Shown here one piece after another: positions 24,500 to 37,079 of a DNA stretch of 64,000 nucleotides. The DNA is taken from assembly GCF_963921235.1 (NCBI RefSeq), contig NC_086108.1, positions 23,560,001 to 23,624,000 on the forward strand, given 5' to 3'. The notes beneath the pieces were generated by a model, which was not told the DNA's origin, made no database searches, and saw nothing but the letters and a program-made list of their open reading frames with translations. The translations under genes and the position numbers were made by a program. This stretch comes from Mobula hypostoma (taxonomy: Eukaryota). How positions within the stretch are numbered: position 1 is the stretch's first letter; every line of letters starts with the position of its first letter.

Positions 24500-27400
24500 A
24501 TTAAAGTGCAATTATGAAGAAAGCATGGCAGCGCCTCTACTTCCTTAGGTGTTTGTAAAGATTCAGCATGACATCTAAAACTTTGACAGACTTCTATAGA
24601 TATATGGTATGTTGACTGGCTGCATCATGGCCTGGTACGGAAACGCCAATGCCCTTGAACAGAAAATCCTACAAAAACATAGAAACATAGAAACATAGAA
24701 AATAGGTGCAGGAGTAGGCCATTCGGCCCTTCGAGCCTGCACCGCCATTTATTATGATCATGGCTGATCATCCAACTCAGAACCCAGCCTTCCCTCCATA
24801 CCCCGTGACCCCTGTAGCCACAAGGGCCATATCTAACTTCCTTTTAAACATAGCTAATGAACTGGCCTCAACAGTTTGCTGTGGCAGAGAATTCCACAGA
24901 TTCACCACTCTCTGTGTGAAGAAGTTTTTCCTAACGTCGGTCCTAAAAGGCTTCCCCTCTATCCTCAAACTGTGACCCCTCGTTCTAGACCTCCCCAACA
25001 TCGGGAACAATCTTCCCGCATCTAGCCTGTCCAATCCCTTTAGGATCTTATACGTTTCAATCAGATCCCCCCTCAATCTTCTAAATTCCAACGAGTACAA
25101 GCCCAGTTCATCCAGTCTTTCTTCATATGAAAGACCTGCCATCCCAGGAATCAATCTGGTGAACCTTCTTTGTACTCCCTCTATGGCAAGGATGTCTTTC
25201 CTCAGATTAGGGGACCAAAACTGCACACAATACTCCAGGTGTGGTCTCACCAAGGCCTTGTACAACTGCAGTAGTACCTCCCTGCTCCTGTACTCGAATC
25301 CTCTCGCTATAAATGCCAGCATACCGTTCGCCTTTTTCACCGCCTGCTGTACCTGCATGCCCACTTTCAATGACTGGTGTATAATGACACCCAGGTCTCG
25401 TTGCACCTCCCCTTTTCCTAATCGGCCACCATTCAGATAATAATCTGTTTTCCTATTTTTGCCACCAAAGTGGATAACTTCACATTTATCCACATTAAAT
25501 TGCATCTGCCATGAGTTTGCCCACTCACCCAACCTATCCAAGTCACCCTGCATCCTCTTAGCATCCTCCTCACTGCTAACACTGCCACCCAGCTTCGTGT
25601 CATCCGCAAACTTGGAGATGCTGCATTTAATTCCCTCATCCAAGTCATTAATATATATTGTAAACAACTGGGGTCCCAGCACTGAGCCTTGCGGTACCCC
25701 ACTAGTCACCGCCTGCCATTCTGAAAAGGTCCCGTTTATTCCCACTCTTTGCTTCCTGTCTGCTAACCAATTCTCCACCCACACCAATACCTTACCCCCA
25801 ATACCATGTGCTTTAAGTTTGCACACTAATCTCCTGTGTGGGACCTTGTCAAAAGCCTTTTGAAAATCCAAATATACCACATCCACTGGTTCTCCCCTAT
25901 CCACTCTACTAGTTACATCCTCAAAAAATTCTATGAGATTCGTCAGACATGATTTTCCTTTCACAAATCCATGCTGACTTTGTCCGATCATTTCACCGCT
26001 TTCCAAATGTGCTGTTATCACATCCTTGATAACTGACTCCAGCAGTTTCCCCACCACCGACGTTAGGCTAACCGGCCTATAATTCCCCGGTTTCTCTCTC
26101 CCTCCTTTTTTAAAAAGTGGGGTTACATTAGCCACCCTCCAATCCTCAGGAACTAGTCCAGAATCTATCGAGTTTTGAAAAATTATCACTAATGCATCCA
26201 CTATTTCTTGGGCCACTTCCTTAAGCACTCTGGGATGCAGACCATCTGGCCCTGGGGATTTATCTGCCTTCAATCCCTTCAATTTACCTAACACCACTTC
26301 CCTACTAACATGTATTTCGCTCAGTTCCTCCATCTCACTGGACCCTCTGTCCCTTACTATTTCTGGAAGATTATTTATTCCTCCTTAGTGAAGACAGAAC
26401 CAAAGTAATTATTCAATTGGTCTGCCATGTCCTTGCTCCCCATAATCAATTCACCTGTTTCTGTTTGCAGGGGACCTACATTTGTCTTTATCAGTCTTTT
26501 CCTTTTTACATATCTATAAAAGCTTTTACAGTCCGTTTTTATGTTCTCTGCCAGTTTTCTCTCATAATCTTTTTTCCCCTTCCTAATTAAGCCCTTTGTC
26601 CTCCTCTGCTGAACTCTGAATTTCTCCCAGTCCTCAGGTGAGCCACTTTCTCTGGCTAATTTGTATGCTACTTCTTTGGAATTGATACTATCCCTAATTT
26701 CTCTTGTCAGCCACGGGTGCACTACCTTCCTTGATTTATTCTTTTGCCAAACTGGGATGAACAATTGTTGTAGTTCATCCATGCAACCTTTAAATGCCTG
26801 CCATTGCATATCCACCGTCAATCCTTGAAGTGTCATTTGCCAGTCTATCTTAGCTAATTCATGTCTCATACCTTCAAAGTTACCCCTCTTTAAGTTCAGA
26901 ACCTTTGTTTCTGAATTAACTACGTCACTCTCCATGTTAATGAAGAATTCCACCATATTATGTTCACTCTTACCCAAGGGGCCTCTCACGACAAGATCGC
27001 TAATTAACCCTTCCTCATTGCTCAAAACCCAGTCCAGAATAGCCTGCTCTCTAGTCGGTTCCTCGACATGTTGGTTCAAAAAACCATCCCGCATACATTC
27101 CAAGAAATCCTCTTCCTCAGCACCTTTACCAATTTGGTTCACCCAGTCTACATGTAGATTGAAGTCACCCATTATAACTGCTGTTCCTTTATTGCACACA
27201 TTTCTAATTTCCTGTTTAATACCATCTCCGACCTCACTACTACTGTTAGGTGGCCTGTACACAACTCCCAGCAGCGTCTTCTGCCCCTTAGTGTTACGCA
27301 GCTCTACCCATATCGATTCCACATCTTCCCGGCTTATGTCCTTCCTTTCTATTGCGTTAATCTCTTTTTTAACCAGCAACGCCACCCCACCTCCCCTTTC

Positions 27401-28170
27401 TTCGTGTCTATCCCTCCTGAATATTGAATATCCCTGAACGTTGAGCTCCCATCCCTGGTCACCCTGGAGCCATGTCTCTGTGATCCCAACTATATCATAA
27501 TCATTAATAACAATCTGCACTTTCAATTCATCCACCTTATTACGAATGCTCCTTGCATTGACACATAAAGCCTTCAGGCGCTCTTTTACAACTCTCTTAG
27601 CCCTTTTTAATGCTTGCCCTGGATTTGTCGGCCTGCCACTTTTACTTTTCCCCTTTGTACTTTTTGCTTTTTTTAGCAAAAAAGTCGTGGATATGGTGCA
27701 GTCCATCATGGGAAAAGTGCTCCCCACTGTTGAGCACATGGAGCTCTATCGCAGGAAGGCAACGTCGATCCTCAGCGACCTCCACCACCTTTGTTGCTGC
27801 CATCAGGAAGAAGGTACAGGAGCATCAGGAGCGACACTACCAAGTTCAGGAACAGTTACGATCCCTCAATCACCAGGCTCTTGAACCGTAGGGAATAACT
27901 TCACTCAGCCCATCACTGAACTATGCCAATGGACTCACTTTTAAGGACGCTTCATCTCATGTTCTCAATATTTATTTATTAATTTTTTTCTTTTGCGTTT
28001 GCACAGTCTGTTGTCTTTTGCACTGTGGTTGTTTATCCATCCTGTTGGGTGTGGTCTTTAATTGATTCTATTGCGTTTCTTGGATTTTCTGTCTATGCCC
28101 GCATGAAAACGTATATGATAGTGTATATATGTAGTTTACCAATAAATTTAATTTGAATTTACTTTGAACT
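24500..28170 (+). mobile_element. Rex1/Babar 3' fragment split by a CR1
   Basis: cagcgcctctacttcctta...aaaatcctacaaaaa resumes at ~27678 (aaagtcgtggata...catcaggaagaaggtacaggagc) and ends aataaa...ttgaactttgaac. Confidence 0.75.
24678..27672 (-). mobile_element. Young CR1 LINE containing almost all of ORF2 (APE + RT), one frameshift
   Basis: ORF 26375-27739 carries APE motifs (CVNARSI, GITETWL, VYRPP, MGDFN) and ORF 24777-26333 carries RT motifs (GVPQGSVLGP, KFADDTKL). (TTTCTATG)n tail at 24678-24700. Confidence 0.95.
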
Positions 28171-28304
28171 TTGAACACTCAGAAGGAAAGGAATTTGCAT
28201 CTTTATTGTTCACCTTATCACCCCATGTACAGAAATGTGAATTGTTTTATGTTCTTTTCCTTCATTTATCTGTCCTCGACAACTTAAGTCATTTGCTTAT
28301 AGGG

Positions 28305-28865
28305 TATAGGAGCAGAATTAGGCCATTTGGCCCATCGAGTCTGCTCCGAGGTGTGTCCTCTGGACTTATACTCCATCAACGTAGGAAATACCATCTCCAA
28401 ATTCACTCTATTGAGGACTTTCAACATTTGATAGGATTCAATGAGATCCCCCTCATTCATCTGAATTCCAGCAAGTACAGACTCAGAGCTATCAAATGCT
28501 TTTATAAAAGCCTTTCAACCACAGAATAATTTTCATGAACCTTCTTTGAACCCTCTCCAATATCAGGACATCTTTTCTAACACTCCAAGTGAGGCTTCAT
28601 CAGTGTCTTATAAAGCCTCAACATGACATCCTTGTTTTTATATTCCAGTTCTCTTGAAATGAATGCTAACATTGTATTTGCCTTCCTCACCACCGACTCA
28701 ACCTGCAAATTAGTCTTTAGGGAAATTTTCACGAGTACTCCAAAGACCCTTTGCACTGCAGATTTTTGAATGTTCTCTCCATTTAGAAAATAGTCTACGC
28801 TTTTATTTCTTCTACCAATGTGCATGACCGTATACCTCCCAACCCTGTATTCCATCTGGTTTCTC
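28305..28865 (-). mobile_element. Degraded CR1 3' fragment
   Basis: ORF 28577-28915 (VRKANTMLAFISRELEYKNKDVMLRLYKTLMKPHLEC) plus a CR1 3' UTR. Confidence 0.8.
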
Positions 28866-29228
28866 TCTGGTGAGAGTTTCATTTGCTCTTCATAAAGAGA
28901 ATCATATGGTAACATTTGATACAGTATATTCCCATGGACAACTTGCAGACAATGTTATCCTACCCTTTAGCTAAAAATAAATTTCATTGAGGTTATTGCA
29001 TGTAATTTGAAAGCTGTGAGTGATCCTGTGTAAATGTCTCTCCAACAGTAAACATATCAACACAAAAGGACAAAATGTGGAGTACGGAGTAAATAATAAC
29101 ATGCATGATCATTGATTATGTAGAACAGACAGTAGATGATGTGGCTAGTACAGGTGGTAAGTACTCAGGGTCTAATGGATTTGTGGAATTGAGAAGCTGT
29201 TAAAAATGGTTGCAAGTAGGAAAGGTAC

Positions 29229-29329
29229 CTTTAGCCTTAACGTCATCCACGAGTGGACAGGGGACTTTGACGGTAACCGCACTTGGTCTAGAGCGCCTTC
29301 CAGTGTTGTCTACAGTCCACAAGGAAAAC
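29229..29329 (-). CDS. ASTN1: Astrotactin-1, third-last coding exon (101 bp, end of FN3-like domain)
   Basis: caaactag|G TTT TCC ... GCT AAA G|gtacc translates to [33 protein letters not shown](E), matching the astrotactin motif [32 protein letters not shown]. Confidence 0.95.
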
Positions 29330-29879
29330 CTAGTTTGAACACAAAGAATCCCTGAAGTTAGCATTGGCACTGTTAGATAACACAGTTACCCAATGAATCA
29401 TTGACGTTTGGGCAGAAGCACGTACTGGCACCTCTGAAGTGTGGCTGCTGCAGCATTTACAAGGTAGACTAAAACCATCTGTGATTCCAGCTGCAGCTTA
29501 CTTCAGAACAGAAATAGCACTGGACAACATCTAAGTAGAAGCAGACTCATGTTATATATTTAGCCACTTTGGCAGAACAGGTAGTCCTCGAGAATGAGCA
29601 GAGCATCAGACAACAGTCAGACCAGATGTGGCTGCTACTTGTGATACTTTGATTTCACATATAATCTCATCTTTTTATAATACTTTGGATTTTTACACTG
29701 TGTGTAGTAAAACAGAAGGTCCAAAAGTTCAATTTCAGAGAATGAGGCCATGTGGCAAAAGAGTAACTTTGAAGGAAGAATTTGATATGCGAAAGAGTTA
29801 AAGTGATTGGCTATGCTGACAGTGGTAGAGTGTGGGAAAGTTGGGGAGACTGATGGAACTTTGTGACTTCAAAGAGAAA

Positions 29880-30900
29880 TTAGTAAATTGGTTTATTATT
29901 GTCAGGTACCGAGGCACAGTGAAAAACTTGTACATACTTGTACATACAGATCAATTCATTACAACAGTGCACTGAGGTAGTACAAGGTAGAACAATAAGG
30001 GTGTAGAATAAAGTGTTACAGTTATAGAGAAAGTCCAAGTCAGGTGGAAAATAAGATATAAGATCATAACAAGGAAGATTGTGAGGGCTAGAGTGCATTT
30101 TTATCATACAAAGGAACCATTAAATTGCCTTATAATGACAGGATCGAAGCTTCCTTGAGCCTGGTGGTACATGTTTTCAGGCTTTCATATCTTCTGCCCA
30201 GCAGTGGGGGAGAAGAGGAGGGGGTGGTGGGGTCTTGATTATGCTGGTTACTTTACTGTAGCCACAGAGTTCCTGGAAAGGATGTTGGTTTCCATGATGT
30301 ACTGCCATGTGTTCACAAATCTGCAGTTTCTTGCAGATATGGGCAGAGTAGTTACCATATCAAATCACAATGCATCTTGATAGGTTGCTTTTGATGGTGC
30401 ATAAAAATTGGAAATGATCAGAGGGAATCATGCCAAACTTATTCAGTCTCCTGAGGAGGTACAGGCACTGATGAGTTTTCTTGGCTGTGATTACTGGTGA
30501 TGTTCACTCCTAAGAGCCTGAAGTTCTTTAGCCTCTCATCCTCAGCACTGTTGATGTAAAGAAGACCGTGTGCACCACTCCCATTCCTGAAGTCAATGAA
30601 CAACTCCTCTGTTTCAATGACATTTTGGGAAAGGCTGTTCTCATGACACTATTTCACTCTTTCTGTCTCGAGAGCTTGAAACTCTCCTTCTTTCCTGTAG
30701 CCGACTCAGCATTATCTGAGATACAACCCACTAGAGTGGCATCATTTACAAACTTGTAGATGGAGACAGAGCAGAATCTGGCCACACAGTTATGAGCGCT
30801 TAAGGAGTAAAATGCTGAAGATGCAGTCTTATGGGTCACCATTGTAGAGAATAATTGTGCTTAAGATGTTGTTCCTCTCCTTGATGATTGTGGTCTGTTG
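29880..30900 (-). mobile_element. Degraded Rex1/Babar fragment
   Basis: Peptide YSLSAHNCVARFCSVSIYKFVNDATLVGCISDNAES (30654-30842). The 3' end has aataataaacc near 29890. Confidence 0.7.
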
Positions 30901-31134
30901 GTCAGTGAAGTGTACATCATTTCATTAAGCCACCGTGGCTTCACACTAGCTTTAAAATTCCCTCCGCAAGCATCTCCCTCCTCCCAGAAGATGCTACTTG
31001 AAGTCCAATGTACCTAAGACTCTTTGAATTAAGCTCCCGTGAAGAATCTCAGGACATCTTGCAGCATAGTATATGAGGAACCAAACAGATGCAGTTTATT
31101 CTCATTTTATTAATGTCATCCTTTACAAGTTTAG

Positions 31135-34130
31135 TCATAGAATCACAGAACAATACACTATGGCTACAGGTCCTTTGGCCCAACAAGTCCATGCTGACCA
31201 TGGTGGCCACCCATCTAGTCCTAATTTTCTGCGTTTAGTCCATATCTCTCTGAGATCTCCCCTGCACGTACTTATCCAAGTGTATCTTAACTGACACTAA
31301 TGTATTACCTCAACCACTTCCTCTAGTAGCTCTTTCCCTATACTTACCACTCACTGTGTGAAAGAATTGTCTCTCAAGTTCTTTTTAAGTCTCTCCACTC
31401 TCACCTGAATCCATACGGCATCATTTGGACTCTCCTAATCTAAGGAAAGTGCTGCCATCATCCACCTTATATACACCTCTCATGGATCTTATAAACCTCT
31501 ATACAGGGGTTCCCAACCTGGGGTCCATGGACCCCTTGTTTAATGGTATTGGTCCATGGCATTGAAAGGCTGGGAACCCCTGCTTTACATTGTCATTCGT
31601 CATGGTCCTACAACTCGGGCAACCTCTCCTATAATTCAGGCCCTCTAGTCCTGGCAATATATCCTCATAAATACTTTCCCCATTCTTTTGAACCATGTCT
31701 TTCCTATAAAAGGCTAACCAAAACGATACTCTAAGTACAGCCTCACCAACAACAGCTATATAATGCTCCACTTCTGCACTTCTAATATTCAATGCACTGA
31801 GGGCCAGCGTACTAAACACATTAATCACTACCTTGTCTACTTATGACACTACATTCAATAAACTATGCTCTTGACCTCCATGGTCCTTCTGTTATATTAC
31901 ACTCCATAGTGCCCTGCCTTGCAGAGCATGTCCTATGCTGGTTTGACTTTCCAAAATGCGACACCTCACACTTACCTATATTGAAAACCTTTTTTTAATT
32001 CCTTGGTCCACTTCCCTAAGTGATTAAGACCCTCCTGTAATGTACACTAGTCTTCTTCACCATCAACATCACCTCCTCATTTTGTTGCATCTTCAAACCT
32101 ACTGACCAAGCCTTGTGCATTCACATACAATTTATTTATAGAAATAACAAAGGTTCCAACATCAACCTGTGTTGCACACCACTAGTTACTGGGCTCTATT
32201 CCAAAAAACAACCTTCAAGCACTACCCTCTGCTTCCTACCTCTCAGCCAATTTTGAGTCCATCTAGCTAGCTCTCTCTATTCCATGGGACCTGAAGTTCC
32301 CAACCAGCCAACCAAACAGGACTTTATCAAAAGCATTGCTCAAATCCAAAAAGACAATATTCATGACCCCACCCTCATCTACCTTTTCAGTTACCTCTTC
32401 AAGAAACTCTAAAAGATTCATCAAGCATAATTTTCCACACACAAACCCATGCTGATTCCTCCTGATCAGAGTCTGCCTGTACAAATGTTGGTAGATCTTG
32501 TCCCTCAGGATTCCCTCCACTAAGTTCCCCACTAATGATGTCAGGCTGACTGACCTGTAGTTCTCTGGCTTATCCTTGCTACCTGTCTTAAACTATGGAA
32601 CAACATAAACTGCCTTCCAATCTTTGGGTGGTTCACTAGTGCTAACAGTGAAGCAAGTATCTCCCCAAGGGCCACTGCAACATCTCCCCTAGAATCCAAC
32701 AAAATCCAAGGATGCACTTGGTCAGGCCACAGATATTTATCCAGCTTAATGTGCTGTATGGTTGCAAGTGCCTCCATACTGGTAATATAAATGTCCTCCA
32801 AAACATCTCCAATTGTTTCTCTTATCAATATTCTATGCATGTTCTATGTTCTATCTCTTGAACAACCTTAATTTTCTTCTCAGTAAACATCCAGGAGAAA
32901 TATTCAAGAAAAATTTCCTATGGCTCTGCAGATCTCCAAGTAGACCTACTGTCTCCCTACCCACCTTTTCACTTTTAATATAGTATCTTGTGATTTTCCT
33001 TAACCTTATCTATCAGATCTACTGTATCTCATACCCTATCTTTGCCTTCCTGGTTTCTCTCTTAAGATTATTCTTAATGTTTTTATAGTTACTAAAGAAT
33101 TAACCTCCATGACCTCCTTAAGACCAATGTATGTTGCCTTCTTTTTCTTGACTTGAGCCTGATATCTCTCATTTAAGTTCACTAAAATTGCTAGGTTTAC
33201 CCCTCATTGTTACAGGAAATCCTGCAGTCTTGATTTCACATTCTTAAAAGTCTCACCTTTCCTACCTATTACTTCTCTTTCAAACAGGCTCACCCAATGG
33301 GCCTCTGCTAAATCCTGTCTAATTCCCCCCCAAATTATCCCTGACCCATTTACTCCTGCCTTTCTCTTAGCCATATTACTGTTATGGAATACCATCGCAG
33401 TCCTCAGAGCCAATCCATGCATTGAGTTCACCTGTCTTACCCATTAAACAACGAGTATTGAAATAAATACTGTTTAACTGTGCGTTGATTTCCCAGTCTT
33501 TACTGTGCCCCTGGCTATCCTGATAGCTAGACTTGCTCTTGCTGGTTACTGCTTTATCTTATGACTTGCTCTTGCTCAGAGTCCCACATCCCTGCCAACC
33601 TAGTTCAACCCGTCCCATGTAACACTGGCAAATATCCCTGCAAGGATATTGGTCCCTCTCTTGTTCAAGTGCAACCCATCTCTCTACCCCAGAAGAGAGC
33701 CCAATCATCCAAGAATGTGTACTTCTGCCCTCTGCACCAGCGCCTCATCTGGCCTATCTTTCTATTTCTGACCTTGCTTGCATGTGGCAGCAGGAATAAT
33801 CTGGTAATCACTCCCCTAGAGGTCCTGTTTCTTAACTTCTTAACAAACTCCCTAAATTCAATCTACAGAATCTTACCCCTTGTTCTATCTATGTCATTTG
33901 TACCGACAAGTACAACTTTCAACCGTTCAGCCTCACACTCAAGAATTTTCTGTGGCCACTCAGAAACATCCTTGACTATGGCTCTGTCAACCTGACTGCT
34001 TTCTAATACTGGATTCCACGAGTAGTGATGGAACAAACAACTGCAGAAACTTCCCAGCGCTGGTGCTGGGAACCTGCTCAAGCCGTACCGTGCCAGATTA
34101 GAACTGCTGCAGGAACAGCATCTTGATACT
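31135..34130 (-). mobile_element. Old CR1, including ORF1 esterase remnant
   Basis: RT remnant FLDLSNAFDKV (32263-32532) and SGNH remnant VVLVGTNDID (33863-34081). The 3' UTR lies at ~31140. Confidence 0.75.
31504..31582. mobile_element. 79-bp hAT MITE, second copy (opposite orientation to 9944)
   Basis: TIRs caggggttccca / tgggaacccctg. The internal sequence is the reverse complement of 9944-10022. Confidence 0.78.
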
Positions 34131-34219
34131 TTGATGGAGAGGACTAGCTGTGAGAGCAGGTATTTTACATTATTTATGAATGGTTTCTATTACTTTTACT
34201 TTTTTGTTAGGAATGTACG

Positions 34220-34735
34220 GGCTGCCAAGGGAGGGGTGGCACCTCCCGTGAAGGAGTTTGTTCGGTCCATTCTGAAGCAGCTCACTCATCTTTGGTCCCC
34301 ACTTAGCTCTCACCTGTGGCTCCAGTTAGCTGTTTGCTTGTGACCATGGCCACATTCTCGTACACCGCCTCGACAGGTGGGCTAAACCAGATGAGGGTAG
34401 CCAGTGGGCCTCATTCTCCAGTGAGATAGGGAAATACCTGTCCTAGCACGTGAAGTCAGCTCCAGTGGACTGGACGGATGAGATCAACAGGGAGATCTAG
34501 TGGCTAGGAAGGTGGTTCTACATAACTCCATGAAGGGCAAAGGGAATGACGAGACACAGAAGAAGTCACGGTCCTGTACTGCAACCAAGGAAGTCCCCAG
34601 TTTGTGACGACTGCTTGTATTACTGGACCCAGATTTCTGAGGTTGAGAGTGGAACTGATCCAGTGCAACGGCTTTTCCACACTAAAAACTTTTCCGTACA
34701 AGTCCCCTGTGATTGTTAGATATGATGAACAATCT
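34220..34735 (+). mobile_element. RTE-derived non-autonomous element (5' UTR + 3' end)
   Basis: cacttagctctcacctgtggctcca...ggccaca...tgggctaaacca.atgagggta resembles RTE-clade 5' UTRs as recalled. No ORF. Confidence 0.55.
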
Positions 34736-34789
34736 ATCTAATATAACTATCTCAAAAGGTTCCTTAATATTTCTGTGCAGATTTCTGTG

Positions 34790-34920
34790 GAGAAAATGTG
34801 CAGATGCTGGAAATCCAAGCAACACACACAAAATGCTGGAGTAACTCAGCAGGCCAGGCAGCATCTATGGGGGAAAAAGTACAGCGGATGTTTCCGGCTG
34901 AGACCCTTCGTCAGGACTGT
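34790..34920 (-). mobile_element. Penelope terminal fragment with degenerate hammerhead
   Basis: The minus strand reads acagtcCTGACGAagggtctcagccgGAAACATCcgctgt, followed by the shared terminal repeat. Confidence 0.75.
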
Positions 34921-34939
34921 TTAATTATGCATTGGTTTC

Positions 34940-35430
34940 CCAAGCTGTGCTGCCACACACAGCTCCAATCTGCTGATCAAATTTGAAGATGACATGACTT
35001 TGATCGGCCTTATTTCTAGCAGTAATGAGACAGCCTATAGAGGCGAGTCTAACACCCTGACACAGTGGTGCCAGGATAACAACCTCTCCCTCAATGTCTT
35101 AAAAACAAAAGAGCTGATTGTGGATTATAGGAGTAATGGAGACAGGCTCGCCCCAATCAATATCAATGGGACTGTAGCTGAGAAGGTGAGTAGTTTCAAG
35201 TTTCTCAGTATACACATCACTGAAAATTTCACCTGGACTGTACACACCGGCTGTATGGCAAAAAAAAACACAACAGCGTCTGTTCCACTTCAGGTGACTG
35301 AAGGAGTTCGGCATGAACTCCCAAATCCTCAAGACCTTCTACAGGGGCACCTCTGAGAGCATACTGACTGGCTGTATGGGGACTGCACCAACCTTGATCG
35401 CTGGGCACTACAGAGAGCAGGCAGATGTAT
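34940..35430 (+). mobile_element. Rex1/Babar RT fragment
   Basis: Peptide KFEDDMTLIGLIS...WCQDNNLSLNVLKTKELIVDYR...FKFLSIHI. Confidence 0.8.
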
Positions 35431-37079
35431 TAAATAAATACAAGGTATCTACGCACTTGAGGATTCGTCATTGTGGATTATGACAGCATGGTAGAAAGCG
35501 GACACAGGGCACTAGGAATTTCGACCAAGGCCAGATTGAAGAAGTGTCTGACCAACTGCCATCGCCTGTGGAACCAGAGGAGCCAACACACTTCTCCACT
35601 ATTACAACACCAACAAGAACACTTACCACGCCATCCCACAACCACACTTTGGCAAGTCTGATCAGCTGGCTGTACTTCTACTCTCCACATACAGACAGAG
35701 ACTGAAGACCACAGCATCAGTGGTGAGGACCATAAAGATATGGTCAAGGAGCGCTGTGAGTTGATGGACTGGAGAATATTCAGGAATTCATTTTCAGATC
35801 TGAATGAATATGCCACAATTGTCACCAACCTCATCAAGACCTGCCTGGATGAATGTTTGCCTTTGAGAACATACCGAACATATTCAAACCAGAAGCCAAA
35901 GATGACTCAAAAGATTTGAAGCCTGCTGAGAGCTCGAACTGAGATTGGTGATCCAGAAGCATACAAGAAGTCCAGGTACAAACTATGGAAGGCTATTTTA
36001 AAAGTGAGAAAGTAATTCCAATTGAAGTTAAGAGGTGGAATCGGATGTTTGTTAGCTCTGGCAAAGTGTGCAGGCCATTATTTCCTACATGATAATACCT
36101 AACATCATAAGTGGCTGTGATGCTTCACTCTTAGATGAGCTCATCACCTTTTATGCATACTTTGAAAGGGGGAATAAAAACAACACCTCTGTGAATTACT
36201 GCAGCATCTGGTGATCCAGTCATCATTTCAGAGGCTAACATCAGTACATCGTTCAAGGGTGAAACCTCGCAAGGTGTTAGGCCCCATGGTGTATCTGCTG
36301 GTGCACTGAAAAGCTGTGCTAGCCAACTAGCATGAATGTTCACAGTTATCTTGGATCTCTCACTGCTGCAGCTGGAGATTCCCACCTGCTTCAAAAGGGC
36401 ATCAGCGCCCAGAAAGAGCAGGATGAGCTGTCTCAATGGACACGGCACAATGACACTCACATCTACGTTGAAGTCCTTTGAGAGACTGGAAATGGCCAGA
36501 AGTAACTGGCTGGAATTAACTTCTGCCTATGGATTCTAAATATTCCTGGATTTCAGTTCTTTAAAAGGGATAGAGAGGGGGGGAAAGGGGGAGAGGAGGG
36601 GTGGCATTACTGGTCAGGGATACTATTACAGCTACCGAAAGGGTGGGTAGTGTAGCGGGATCCTCTTTTGAGTCAGTATGGGTGGCAGTCAGGAACAGGA
36701 AGGGAGCAGTTACTCTATTGGGGGTATTCTATAGGCCCCCTGGTAGCAGCAGAGATACCGAGGAGCAGATTGGGAGGCAGATTTTGGAAAGGTGCAAAAA
36801 TAACAGGGTTGTTATCATGGGTGACTTTAACTTCCCGAATATTGATTGGCACCTGATTAGTTCCAAGGGTTTAGATGGGGCAGAATTTGTTAAGTGTGTC
36901 CAGGACGGATTCCTGTCACAGTACGTGAACAGACCGACTAGGGGAAATGCCATACTAGATCTAGAATTAGGTAATAGAAACATAGAAACATAGAAACATA
37001 GAAAATAGGTGCAGGAGTAGGCCATTCGGCCCTTCGAGCCTGCACCGCCATTTATTATGATCATGGCTGATCCTCCAAC

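Noticed and set aside
24675..24705. Short tandem repeats (catagaaa)n as CRISPR-like or satellite arrays; also 36976 and 56855
   Set aside because: These are CR1 3' tails without spacers, and the DNA is eukaryotic.
27660..27684. Terminator-like hairpin tttttgct/agcaaaaa
   Set aside because: Low-complexity junction at a CR1 5' truncation. Intrinsic terminators do not apply to this eukaryotic context.
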